Positions 37,667 to 46,981 of a stretch of DNA of 64,000 bases are shown one piece after another (position 1 is the first letter of the stretch; each line of letters opens with the position of its first letter). A program made the translations under genes and the position numbers. The notes under the pieces are model-generated. The model did no database searches. It worked only from the letters and a program-made list of their open reading frames with translations, and was not told where the DNA came from. The DNA is from Prosthecobacter debontii (GTDB lineage: Bacteria > Verrucomicrobiota > Verrucomicrobiia > Verrucomicrobiales > Verrucomicrobiaceae). The stretch is from assembly GCA_945869675.1 (NCBI GenBank), contig CAMBPS010000001.1, forward strand, positions 23,576 to 87,575, in the 5' to 3' direction.

Positions 37667-38263
37667 TTGCATTTGAAACTAATTCTGCCTTTCCTCTCTT
37701 TTTCATCATTTTGCTATTTGTTTGCAGTGGCTTGTTTGTTCGCTCCCCTGAGTGCTTTTGCACAGGCTGAATTGGATGCTACATACAGTCCATTAAGTGG
37801 TGGCCGTGTCTTTGCCATGGGTATACAAGCAGATGGAAAGTTATTGAGTGGACGCGCTCTATTACGTTATCAAAGTCCAGTCTTAACAAGCATGTTTCGA
37901 TTCAATGAAAATGGCGATGTTGATCAGACTTTTGATTGCACTGGAAATTATCTTTATTGGTTTAGCAGCAGTGACAACTACTATTACACCACTGGCGTGT
38001 ATTCAGTCAGTTGCTTTCTAGATGGAACCTCAGCGATTGCAGGTAGATTCGACACGGTCTATCTAAAAACGAAGTTTTATGATGTTCCTAAAATCGTCAA
38101 ATTGAATGAAAAAGGCGACTTTGTGACATCCAATTATCCGAATGTTTGCTACAATGACGGAGTCACTGCTGACTATAGGTTCGGAAATCCGTATTTGCTT
38201 TCATTGCCTAATAATGAAGCCTTTATATTAGGTAGCTTTAACGGTTTGGGAAGCACAACTTAA
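37667..38263 (+). pseudogene. Truncated delta-60 (DUF5122-like) repeat protein in a low-GC patch
   Basis: Signal-like N-terminus; GRVFAMGIQADGKLL, RFNENGDVDQTF and KLNEKGDF repeats; ends after about three repeats. Confidence 0.5.
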
Positions 38264-38375
38264 GGCTTTCATTCTGACTGTTGCGCGGAGCACCAAGAAC
38301 GACAATGCAGCCGTAGAAGAACGCAAATGGAGATATGACTGCGAGATCATAGGCCTTGGAAACGTCTTCATTCCC

Positions 38376-39467
38376 ATGGCTGAAGTTTCATTTCCTCAAC
38401 GTTTGGTTTCGCTCGATGCGCTGCGCGGTTTTGATATGTGTTGGATTCTTGGCATGGGTGGTGCCTTGGGGGCTGTTTTAAAACAGATGGCACCGAACTC
38501 AGCACTGACTTCCGCAGTGACGACACAGCTGGAACATGTCGATTGGGCAGGCTTTCGCTTTTATGATCTGATTTTTCCGCTGTTTTTATTCATCGCTGGA
38601 GTGTCAATGGCGATAGCTTTGCCGCGTCGGCGTCAGCGTGAGGGCGGGCGGAAAACGGCGCTTCATTTGCTGGCGCGGGCACTGATTCTGATGGCACTTG
38701 GGGTGTTGTTCTCAGGTGGGTTGAAGAATGGTTGGGATGAAATTCGTTGGTTGGGTGTTTTACAGCGCATTGGTAGCGCCTCAGCTGTGGCTGGCATGCT
38801 GTCCTTAATCTTAGGCTGGCGTGGATTGGTGGTCACAGTGATGGGTATTTTGCTTGGTTATTGGCTGTTGCTTAGCCTCGTGCCTGTGCCGAACTTCGGG
38901 GCAGGGGATTTTGCCGAAGGACGAAATTTGACGAATTACTTGGATTCGATCTGGCTGCCTGGGCGGAAGCATGATGGAAACCACGACCCCGAAGGACTAT
39001 TCAGCACGCTGCCTGCCATCGCGACGGCACTAATGGGCCTTTTGGCCGGTCAATGGCTTATGAGTGCCCGGGTGGCTAGCCGAAAGGTTCTGGGGCTAAT
39101 GGTGTCAGGTCTTGTAATGATCTGTCTTGGTTGGGCTTGGCATCCTTTTTTTCCGATCATCAAAAAGATCTGGTCATCCAGCTTTGTTCTCGTCGCGGGT
39201 GGTTGGAGCGCGCTTTTGCTGGGGCTGTTTTATTGGGTCGTGGATGTGCGTGGTTGGCGGAGCTGGACGCCGCCCTTTGTCTGGGTCGGCGCTAATCCGA
39301 TCATTCTGTATCTGTTGAGTGGCTTTGGCTTTTTCCGAGTTGTTTCTGAAAGGCTGGTGGGGCATCCAGGGAAAGGTGGAGCTTGGATAACGGCTTGTGT
39401 GACGTTTGGACTGATGCTGCTGTTGGCGCGCTGGCTTTTTAAGCGGGGTGTTTTCATTAAAGTTTAG
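38376..39467 (+). CDS. HGSNAT/DUF5009-like membrane acetyltransferase-family protein
   Basis: RLVSLDALRGF, DLIFPLFLFIAG, GVLQRIG, DPEGLFS, IIKKIWSSSF, GANPI. Confidence 0.88.
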   Translation: MAEVSFPQRLVSLDALRGFDMCWILGMGGALGAVLKQMAPNSALTSAVTTQLEHVDWAGFRFYDLIFPLFLFIAGVSMAIALPRRRQREGGRKTALHLLARALILMALGVLFSGGLKNGWDEIRWLGVLQRIGSASAVAGMLSLILGWRGLVVTVMGILLGYWLLLSLVPVPNFGAGDFAEGRNLTNYLDSIWLPGRKHDGNHDPEGLFSTLPAIATALMGLLAGQWLMSARVASRKVLGLMVSGLVMICLGWAWHPFFPIIKKIWSSSFVLVAGGWSALLLGLFYWVVDVRGWRSWTPPFVWVGANPIILYLLSGFGFFRVVSERLVGHPGKGGAWITACVTFGLMLLLARWLFKRGVFIKV

Positions 39468-39553
39468 AGTGGATCGTGTCTCCTCAGTGGAAGTGTCTTT
39501 TGACACAGACGGGCATCGCCTCCAGAGTCAGTGCCCGTTTCTGCCCTAGTTAG

Positions 39554-40693
39554 ATGTTTGACCTCCTCACCACCGATCCGAATACCTCCGCACGCCGCGG
39601 ACGGTTGACGACGCCCCACGGTGTGATCGAGACGCCGGTCTTTATGCCCGTTGGCACGCAGGGCACGGTGAAAGCCATGCACCCGGATGAGCTGCGGTCT
39701 CTGAACTCGCAGATCGTTTTAGGGAACACGTATCATCTCTGGGTTCGCCCCGGCATGGATATCATCCGTGAGGCAGGTGGACTTCATTCGTTCATGAACT
39801 GGGATCGACCGATCCTAACGGATAGTGGCGGTTTCCAGGTCTTCTCCTTGGCAAAGCTGCGCAAGATCAAAGAAGAAGGCTGCTACTTTCAAAACCACGT
39901 CGATGGCACCCCCATGTTTCTTGGGCCAGAAACTGCTATGGAGATCCAGGCAACGCTCGGCAGTGATATCGCGATGCTGTTTGATGAATGCACGCCCTGG
40001 CCCTGCACGCATGACGAGGCCAAAAAGAGCATGGAACTCACCCTCCGCTGGGCTCAGCGTTGCCGCGATTGGGTGGATCAACATAGGCCGCAGACAGGTG
40101 GTGGAGCTCAGTTACACTTCCCAATTGTCCAAGGTAGCACGTTTCAGGATCTGCGTGAGCGCTGTGCTCGTGAGCTGGTGGCCATGGATTTCCCAGGTTA
40201 CGCAGTCGGCGGTCTGAGTGTCGGTGAGCCTGAAGAGGACATGATGCGGATCGCTGAGTGGACTTGCCCGATTCTGCCGGAAAATAAACCGCGCTATGCC
40301 ATGGGCCTGGGTACACCCCCGCAGATTGTCGAACTGATCGCCCGTGGGATCGATATGTTTGACTGCGTGATCCCGACCCGATTGGCGCGGAATGGCACCG
40401 CTTTTACCCACGAAGGGCTGATGAATCTGCGAAACGCGCAGTATGCCAAAGACTTCCGGCCTATCGCTGAAGACACGCATCCGATGTGTTTGGGCTTTTC
40501 CCGCGCCTACATCCGCCATCTCGTAAACACGCAAGAGGTGCTGGGTTTAAGGTTGATTTCCCTTCACAATCTGCATTTCTACGCGTCCCTCACGTCCAGG
40601 GCACGTTTAGCGATCGAACAAGGTTGCTTTGCCGAATTCCGGGCAGAGGTCATTTCCCGTTACAAGTCCCGTTCCGAAACCCCTGAATCATGA
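39554..40693 (+). CDS. tgt: tRNA-guanine transglycosylase
   Basis: TPVFMPVGTQG, LGNTYHL, TDSGGFQVFS, DECTP, GGLSVGE, DMFDCVIPTR. Confidence 0.97.
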   Translation: MFDLLTTDPNTSARRGRLTTPHGVIETPVFMPVGTQGTVKAMHPDELRSLNSQIVLGNTYHLWVRPGMDIIREAGGLHSFMNWDRPILTDSGGFQVFSLAKLRKIKEEGCYFQNHVDGTPMFLGPETAMEIQATLGSDIAMLFDECTPWPCTHDEAKKSMELTLRWAQRCRDWVDQHRPQTGGGAQLHFPIVQGSTFQDLRERCARELVAMDFPGYAVGGLSVGEPEEDMMRIAEWTCPILPENKPRYAMGLGTPPQIVELIARGIDMFDCVIPTRLARNGTAFTHEGLMNLRNAQYAKDFRPIAEDTHPMCLGFSRAYIRHLVNTQEVLGLRLISLHNLHFYASLTSRARLAIEQGCFAEFRAEVISRYKSRSETPES

Positions 40694-41043
40694 TGCTTCT
40701 CTCTCTCTCCTCCATTCTCGCTCAAGCCGCAGCTCCTGCCGGTGGCGCACCTCCAGCGGGTCTGGGTAATCCTTTGTGGTTCATGGGCCTCATGTTTGTG
40801 ATGATGTACTTTTTGCTTATCCGCCCACAGCGCCAGCGCCAGAAGGAGATCGAAAAACTCATCAGTGGTGTCAAAGTTGGTGATCAAGTCATCATGAATG
40901 GTGGAGAACATGGAATCATCACCAGCGTCAAAGATAAGACCGTCATGGTGAAAGTGGCTGACAACGTTAAGATCGAGTATGAGCGCAGCGCCATCGGCTC
41001 TGTCAGTAAAAAATCTGATGTCGTCGAAGCTACAACTGCCTAA
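40690..41043 (+). CDS. yajC: Preprotein translocase subunit YajC
   Basis: MYFLLIRPQRQRQK, KVGDQVIMNGG; lies between tgt and secDF. Confidence 0.95.
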   Translation: MMLLSLSSILAQAAAPAGGAPPAGLGNPLWFMGLMFVMMYFLLIRPQRQRQKEIEKLISGVKVGDQVIMNGGEHGIITSVKDKTVMVKVADNVKIEYERSAIGSVSKKSDVVEATTA

Positions 41044-41135
41044 TTTCCGCGAGCGAAAAAGCTTCTCATGAAACTGCTTCTGTGGTGATGATCTGCCGCT
41101 ATCTTTTTTAAATTTCCAAAAACCAACCCCACCTC

Positions 41136-43532
41136 ATGTCCCCAATCGTCACCTTCCTGATCGGCGCAGCCATCCTGCTGATGCTTCTGTTTTACATCGG
41201 CACCGTGGTGCATAAGAGCAAGCGCCTCATTGGTACGGCTCTTATCTTCCTCATGACCGCCTTTGCCGTGATCACGGTGAAAAATATGAAAATCCCGCTC
41301 GGGATTGATTTGAAGGGCGGAAGTGAATTTGTTGTGCAATTGCAAAAAGGCAAAGCTGCAGATGGCACGGTCAAAGATGTAACTTCGGAGTCTGTTCAGC
41401 AGGCCATCGGCATTCTGGAAAAACGCCTCAATCCTGACGGCACCAAGGATCTGACCATGCAGCCGCAGGGAGATGACCGCATTCTCGTTCAGATGCCGGG
41501 AGTGAAGGCTGAAGAGTTCGCTGATGTGCGGACCAAGATTCTTCAAGTCGCGCATCTTGAGTTCAGAATCGTGCATGAAAGCAGTCAGTCGAAGCTGGCC
41601 GAGATCAAGACCAACGGTGGAGTGAAGGAGCCGGGTTGGGAGGAATTTAAATACAAGACGGAAAAAGACAAAGAAGGCAAAGACCTCCCCAATCGTGGCA
41701 GCGAATTGGCGCGCAATCGCCCAGATATGGAGGGCAAGTATGTCTCCAGTGCCTTTGCCAACACAGATGCGGAAGGCTGGAAAGTTTACCTCAACCTCGA
41801 TAGCGAAGGCTCCAAACTCTTTGATGATATCGCTGCCGTTAACAAGGGTCGTCAATTAGCCATTATTGTCGATGGCGAGATCATTTCTGCACCGACCCTT
41901 CAGACCGACCACTTTGGCGGCACTGCCGTCATCTCAGGGAATTTCAATCAGCAGAGTGCTTTTCAATTGGCAACTCTTCTGGAGAACCCACTGGAAAACC
42001 CCATGCAGATTCTTTCGGAAAGTTCTGTCTCCGCTTCCTACGGGCAGTCTTCCATTGATCAAGGCAAGTGGATTGGTCTCGCAGGTTTGGCGATGACCAC
42101 ACTCTTCATGCTTGCCATCTATCGACTCGCCGGTCTTATCGCCATCGTCGGTCTGGTCATCAACTTAGCCATTCTCTTTGGTGGCATGGCACTTTTCCAG
42201 TTCACACTGACCATGCCTGGTATCGCTGGTATCGTGCTCACCATCGGTATGGCGGTGGATGCGAACGTGCTGATCTATGAACGTCTGCGTGAAGAAATGG
42301 AAGCCGGACGCACGCTTGCTGGCGCTCTAGAAGCTGCCTATGACAAGGCTTTCTCTGCCATCGCTGACTCCAACATCACGACACTGATTTCAGCCATCAT
42401 CCTTTTTGTGATTTCTGGTGGTTTGGTCAAAGGCTTTGCCATTACTCTGATGATTGGTCTGATCTCTTCCATGATCGGTGCCTTGATTGTTACCCGTGTC
42501 ATCTTCATGTGGGTGATCGACAAAGGCATCTTGACCAACATTAAGACCACCAAGATCATTCCAGACAAGGTCTTCGACATTCTTTCCAAAGCTCCTACCT
42601 TCATCATTGCTTCTCTTGTCGTCACGGCTATCTCCTTCGCCACCTTGGCTTACAAAGGCGGCTCCAGCTTTGGGATCGACTTCCGCGGCGGCGGTATGGT
42701 TCATCTTGAATTAAAGCAGGGCAAAAATATTGCCGATTCGGATCTCGATGCTGCACTCAAAGGATTAAAATTGGACAATGGGCAGCCAATCGGCAGCTAT
42801 TACCCACAGCGTAAAGGCAGCGCCACGGGTGGTGATGTCATTGCTATTCGTTGTGAATTTGAAGCCGGACCGACGATCGAGACAGCCGTCAAAGCCAAAT
42901 TTGGTGACGCCATCTTAGGTGGCCAAACTGAACGCGTTGGAGCTGTGATTGGAAATGAGTCAGCAAAGACCTCTCTCATTGCCTTGGCTGTAGCTCTTGT
43001 CTTCATTTTCCTCTACTTGCTTATTCGTTACGAGTTCGCCTTTGCTCTCGGTGCCGTTGTCGCCCTAGCTCATGACGTGCTGATGGTTCCTGGACTTTGC
43101 GTGTTGTTCGGTCAGGAGCTGAGCCTCATTCACGTGGGTGCCATGCTGACCATTGCCGGTTACTCCATCAATGATACCATCGTCGTTTTTGACCGTATTC
43201 GTGAGACTATCCAGCGCGGTGGTTCTGGATCGATCCGAGATTTGATGAATGAGGCTATCTGCAAGACCCTCAGCCGTACGCTCCTCACCGGACCGACTGC
43301 TCTGGCTCCGATGATCGTCCTCTTGTTCCTAGGCAATCCTGCCATGCTTGAGTTCGCGGTGCCGATCACGATCGGTGTTGTTCTGGGCACTTATTCCTCC
43401 ATCTTCATCGCTAGCCCTCTCGTTCTCTGGTATGCGACGAAGACTGGTCAGAGTCTCAAGCGCAAGGTCCTTGATACTCATGAGCAGGCTCAAAAGGCCG
43501 CTGCTGCGGTGGCCGCTGCCAAGACGGTCTAG
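41136..43532 (+). CDS. secDF: Fused SecDF protein translocase
   Basis: LGIDLKGG, GMAVDANVLIYERLREE, GIDFRGG, GYSINDTIVVFDRIRE, LSRT. Confidence 0.95.
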   Translation: MSPIVTFLIGAAILLMLLFYIGTVVHKSKRLIGTALIFLMTAFAVITVKNMKIPLGIDLKGGSEFVVQLQKGKAADGTVKDVTSESVQQAIGILEKRLNPDGTKDLTMQPQGDDRILVQMPGVKAEEFADVRTKILQVAHLEFRIVHESSQSKLAEIKTNGGVKEPGWEEFKYKTEKDKEGKDLPNRGSELARNRPDMEGKYVSSAFANTDAEGWKVYLNLDSEGSKLFDDIAAVNKGRQLAIIVDGEIISAPTLQTDHFGGTAVISGNFNQQSAFQLATLLENPLENPMQILSESSVSASYGQSSIDQGKWIGLAGLAMTTLFMLAIYRLAGLIAIVGLVINLAILFGGMALFQFTLTMPGIAGIVLTIGMAVDANVLIYERLREEMEAGRTLAGALEAAYDKAFSAIADSNITTLISAIILFVISGGLVKGFAITLMIGLISSMIGALIVTRVIFMWVIDKGILTNIKTTKIIPDKVFDILSKAPTFIIASLVVTAISFATLAYKGGSSFGIDFRGGGMVHLELKQGKNIADSDLDAALKGLKLDNGQPIGSYYPQRKGSATGGDVIAIRCEFEAGPTIETAVKAKFGDAILGGQTERVGAVIGNESAKTSLIALAVALVFIFLYLLIRYEFAFALGAVVALAHDVLMVPGLCVLFGQELSLIHVGAMLTIAGYSINDTIVVFDRIRETIQRGGSGSIRDLMNEAICKTLSRTLLTGPTALAPMIVLLFLGNPAMLEFAVPITIGVVLGTYSSIFIASPLVLWYATKTGQSLKRKVLDTHEQAQKAAAAVAAAKTV

Positions 43533-43556
43533 TCTTCCAGCCCTGATCGAATTCCC

Positions 43557-43590
43557 AAGGGTCATGCCTTCGCCGGTGTGACCCTTTTCT
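43557..43590 (+). terminator. Rho-independent terminator after secDF
   Basis: AAGGGTCATGCC-TTCGCC-GGTGTGACCCTT (12-bp stem with two G-U pairs) followed by TTCT. Confidence 0.7.
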
Positions 43591-43687
43591 TCAGAGACCT
43601 TTTGAGCGTCGTCGTCCTGCCCTCAAGAACGGTGCACGTTTTCATTCTTATGCTGCTAGCAGCTCAACTCCAGGATCATTTAAATTC

Positions 43688-44052
43688 TCATTGCTGAGGA
43701 TGACGATCATTCCCGTGATGGCCCAATGACTGAGCCTTTGGGGTCGAAGAGAAGACAGCACGCTTCCGTGCCATCAGGCGCTGCATAGCGGCCTGATCTG
43801 GAGCCAAGACAACGGCAGCAGACTTTTGATGGACGATCTTCAAATCATTCCAGTAGAATTGAGCTGCCACCCCGCTCCCTTATTTTGAAGGCGCTTCATC
43901 TTCTCGATGGGCGCCGAAGGAAGGTTGTCGAGCTTCATAGTTTGGCGGTCGAAGTCTGGCATGTGGATTAGCACTTTTCGCAGCTTCCAAAAGAATTGAA
44001 CAAGGATGCGGTCGGCCACTGCATCATCCGCAGTGCTCGTGGAGCTGGGCAA
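43688..44052 (-). other. Two overlapping short ORFs; possibly one frameshifted hypothetical gene
   Basis: The 70-aa (43840-44052) and 60-aa (43688-43870) ORFs share a QF[FY]W motif and switch frame near 43870-43885. Confidence 0.25.
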
Positions 44053-44207
44053 GGGTTTGCATCAGATGAGAAAAAGGTCATTTAACGGATTTGAGCGAAC
44101 TTTGCGCCCTTTTTTGTTCAATTGAGCACTTTTTGGGATGCTATTTGGCCTTGCCAGCCAAAGCAGAGCCGCTAGGCTAAAGTTGCTAAATGCACCCACA
44201 GACCAGC

Positions 44208-44738
44208 ATGGAAGACAACAAAACTAACGAAAAGGAGGCCACCGCTTTGGACCTAAAGCAGATCAAACAGATCGTTACCCTGATGGCAGAGAACGACCTC
44301 ACCTATTTTAATTTTGAAACTGACAGTTCCAAAGTCGAACTCCGCCGCGGGTCCGACTTTCAGGCTGCGAAAGAATTGCTGAAGCATCTCCCCATGGGTT
44401 CCAATGCCCCAGCTCAGATCTCCTACACTGCCCCAGCCGCGGCGGCTGCCGGCCCAGCACCGGCAGTTTCATCAGCTCCTGCTGCCACCACTGAACCAGT
44501 CGGCCCAACCATCAATAGTCCTATGGTTGGGACTTTTTATCGCGCTGCCAGCCCGACTGATAAGCCCTTCATCAGCATTGGTGACTCGGTCGATGAAAAT
44601 AGCAATGTTTGCATCATTGAGGCCATGAAGGTTATGAATGAGATCAAGGCTGAGCTGCGTGGAACCATCGCCCGCGTTTTGGTCGAAGACGGAAAGCCAG
44701 TCCAATACGGCCAACCGCTCTTTGAGCTCAAGGCCTAA
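44208..44738 (+). CDS. accB: Acetyl-CoA carboxylase biotin carboxyl carrier protein (start 44208 or 44190)
   Basis: Ala/Pro linker, SPMVGTFY, IEAMKVMNE biotinylation motif. Confidence 0.96.
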   Translation: MEDNKTNEKEATALDLKQIKQIVTLMAENDLTYFNFETDSSKVELRRGSDFQAAKELLKHLPMGSNAPAQISYTAPAAAAAGPAPAVSSAPAATTEPVGPTINSPMVGTFYRAASPTDKPFISIGDSVDENSNVCIIEAMKVMNEIKAELRGTIARVLVEDGKPVQYGQPLFELKA

Positions 44739-44845
44739 TAATGACCGTTGAGAGTGGAGATCCAGAAGACTTTCTGGTTCTACCTCTTTTCCCAGCGTCT
44801 ATCTGCCCATATCCCTCATTCTTTTAGCCTTCAGTCACTTGCTCC

Positions 44846-46207
44846 ATGTTTAAAAAAATCCTCGTCGCCAATCGTGGTGAAATCGCCGTCCGCATTATCC
44901 GAGCCTGCAAAGAACTCGATGTTAAAACAGTCGCTGTTTATTCTGAGGCTGACGTGGACTCCATGCACGTTCACCTCGCCGATGAGGCTATCTGCATCGG
45001 CCCAGGCCCGAGCAGTGAGAGTTATCTGAAGATCAGCCGCATTATCAGCGCTGCTGAGATTGCCAATGTGGACGCCATTCATCCTGGCTATGGGTTCCTT
45101 TCTGAAAAAGCTGAATTCGCCGATGTCTGCGAGCAGTGTAAAATCAAATTCATCGGCCCCAGCTCAGCGGTGATCGCCCGCATGGGTGACAAAAACTCCG
45201 CTCGAGCCACAGCTCTGGCCGCCGGCGTGCCGATCACCCCAGGATCAGACGGCATTATCCACACCGAAGAAGAAGCCTTGGAATGGGCGCGGAAGATTGG
45301 GTACCCAGTGATCGTCAAAGCCACGGCTGGTGGAGGTGGGCGTGGCATGAGGCCCGTTCTCAATGAAGCTACCCTCGGCTCCAGCTTCCAGGCTGCCTCT
45401 ATGGAAGCTTTGAAATGCTTTGGTGACGGCTCCATGTATATGGAAAAGCTCGTTGATAAGCCGCATCATATCGAGTTTCAGATCGTGGCAGATAGCCTCG
45501 GGAATGTGGTCCATCTTGGCGAGCGCGACTGCTCCATGCAGCGTCGTAATCAGAAGATCATCGAAGAGTGTCCGAGCCCGAAAATGAGTCCTGAATTGCG
45601 CAAGAAAATGGGAGACGCAGCCGTGGCTCTTTGCAAAGAAATCGGTTATGAGAACTGCGGCACGATCGAGTTTCTCGTCGATAATAACCGCAAAGATTTC
45701 TATTTCATGGAGATGAACACCCGTATTCAGGTGGAACACCCGATCACGGAAGAAGTTTATGGTTGTGACTTGATCAAGGAGCAGATCCGTATCGCTGCTG
45801 GCTTGCCACTCAGTGAGCATGTTCTGAATGCTCAGTCTCGTGGCCACAGCATCGAATGCCGAATCAACGCCGAAGACCCATCCCGTAATTTCGCCCCCAG
45901 CCCGGGCAAGATCAATCTCTGGTACACTTCGGGTGGCCGCGGTGTACGCGTGGATAGCCATGTTTATTCAGGTTACGAGGTGCCACCTTATTATGACTCA
46001 ATGATCGCCAAGCTCATCGTCACAGGAGCCACGCGGGAGATCGCCATCAGCCGCATGCGTCGTGCCCTGGGTGAGTTCGTCGTCGAAGGCATCAAAACCA
46101 CCATCCCGCTGCAAAGTAAGATCCTCACGACCGGTGACTTTCAAAGCGGTAATTACGACATCACCTGGGTGGAAAACTTCCTCCGCCAAGAGGGCGTTAA
46201 GGCGTAG
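44846..46207 (+). CDS. accC: Biotin carboxylase
   Basis: [54 protein letters not shown]. Confidence 0.98.
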   Translation: MFKKILVANRGEIAVRIIRACKELDVKTVAVYSEADVDSMHVHLADEAICIGPGPSSESYLKISRIISAAEIANVDAIHPGYGFLSEKAEFADVCEQCKIKFIGPSSAVIARMGDKNSARATALAAGVPITPGSDGIIHTEEEALEWARKIGYPVIVKATAGGGGRGMRPVLNEATLGSSFQAASMEALKCFGDGSMYMEKLVDKPHHIEFQIVADSLGNVVHLGERDCSMQRRNQKIIEECPSPKMSPELRKKMGDAAVALCKEIGYENCGTIEFLVDNNRKDFYFMEMNTRIQVEHPITEEVYGCDLIKEQIRIAAGLPLSEHVLNAQSRGHSIECRINAEDPSRNFAPSPGKINLWYTSGGRGVRVDSHVYSGYEVPPYYDSMIAKLIVTGATREIAISRMRRALGEFVVEGIKTTIPLQSKILTTGDFQSGNYDITWVENFLRQEGVKA

Positions 46208-46228
46208 AGCTTCGTTTTCTCATTCATA

Positions 46229-46265
46229 GCCCGTTCCTCGCGAAGCGCGGAGCGGCGGTTTTTTT
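46229..46265 (+). terminator. Terminator-like hairpin after accC
   Basis: GC-rich imperfect stem (CCGTTCC...GGAGCGG) followed by a T7 run. Confidence 0.6.
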
Positions 46266-46306
46266 ATGTTCACTAAACTAATCCATCTGCGCTAGAATGA
46301 ATCTTT

Positions 46307-46981
46307 ATGAACCTCCTCCTCGTTGAAGATGATCCTGAACTTGGTCGCCAGATGGTTGGTTGGATGTCTGATGCAGGACATGCTTTGAGGTGGGATGAAA
46401 AGGGAATGCCGGCACTGGAATGGCTGAAGAACCATGAATGTGATGCCGTTATTTTAGATGTAGGATTGCCGGATATCGATGGCTTCACGCTTGTAGAGCA
46501 TTTGCGTGCAGAGGGGATGACTACACCAGTGCTTTTCTTGACGGCGCGGGCCAGTGTCGCGGATCGTGTGCGCGGATTGGCCTCGGGTGGGGATGATTAT
46601 TTGACGAAGCCTTTCGCCGCAGAGGAGCTCCTTGCTCGAATGGATGCGCTGCATCGGCGTGCGACACATGCACAACCAGCTCAAAGGAAGATCGGGAATT
46701 GCCGTCTCGATCCTGTGAAGCGTCGCATCATCAGTGAGTCAGATACAGTCGAACTGCAGCCCCGAGAGTGGACCCTTCTGGAGGTGCTGATGAATCATGA
46801 GGGGCGGATCATGCCCAAGCAGTTTCTTCTGGAGCAAGTTTGGGATATCCGCTTTGATCCTGGCACCAATGTGGTAGACGCTATGATTTGCCGATTACGC
46901 CGGAAATTGGAGATTCCCGGCTGCGACATCCACATCGAAACCATCCGAGGGAAAGGCTATGTTTTCAAATCTGTGGCCTGA
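46307..46981 (+). CDS. OmpR-family response regulator
   Basis: VEDD, phosphoacceptor ILDVGLP, LTA, DDYLTKPF; winged-helix C-terminus (NVVDAMICRLRRKL, TIRGKGY). Confidence 0.96.
   Translation: MNLLLVEDDPELGRQMVGWMSDAGHALRWDEKGMPALEWLKNHECDAVILDVGLPDIDGFTLVEHLRAEGMTTPVLFLTARASVADRVRGLASGGDDYLTKPFAAEELLARMDALHRRATHAQPAQRKIGNCRLDPVKRRIISESDTVELQPREWTLLEVLMNHEGRIMPKQFLLEQVWDIRFDPGTNVVDAMICRLRRKLEIPGCDIHIETIRGKGYVFKSVA

Noticed and set aside
39500-39545. Hairpin ACGGGCA/TGCCCGT upstream of tgt considered as a preQ1 riboswitch
   Set aside because: Lacks the preQ1-I consensus and A-rich tail; it overlaps a TTGACA promoter-like element instead.
44755-44790. Imperfect hairpin between accB and accC (CCAGAA-GACT-TTCTGG core)
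   Set aside because: Weak stem with no further evidence of function.
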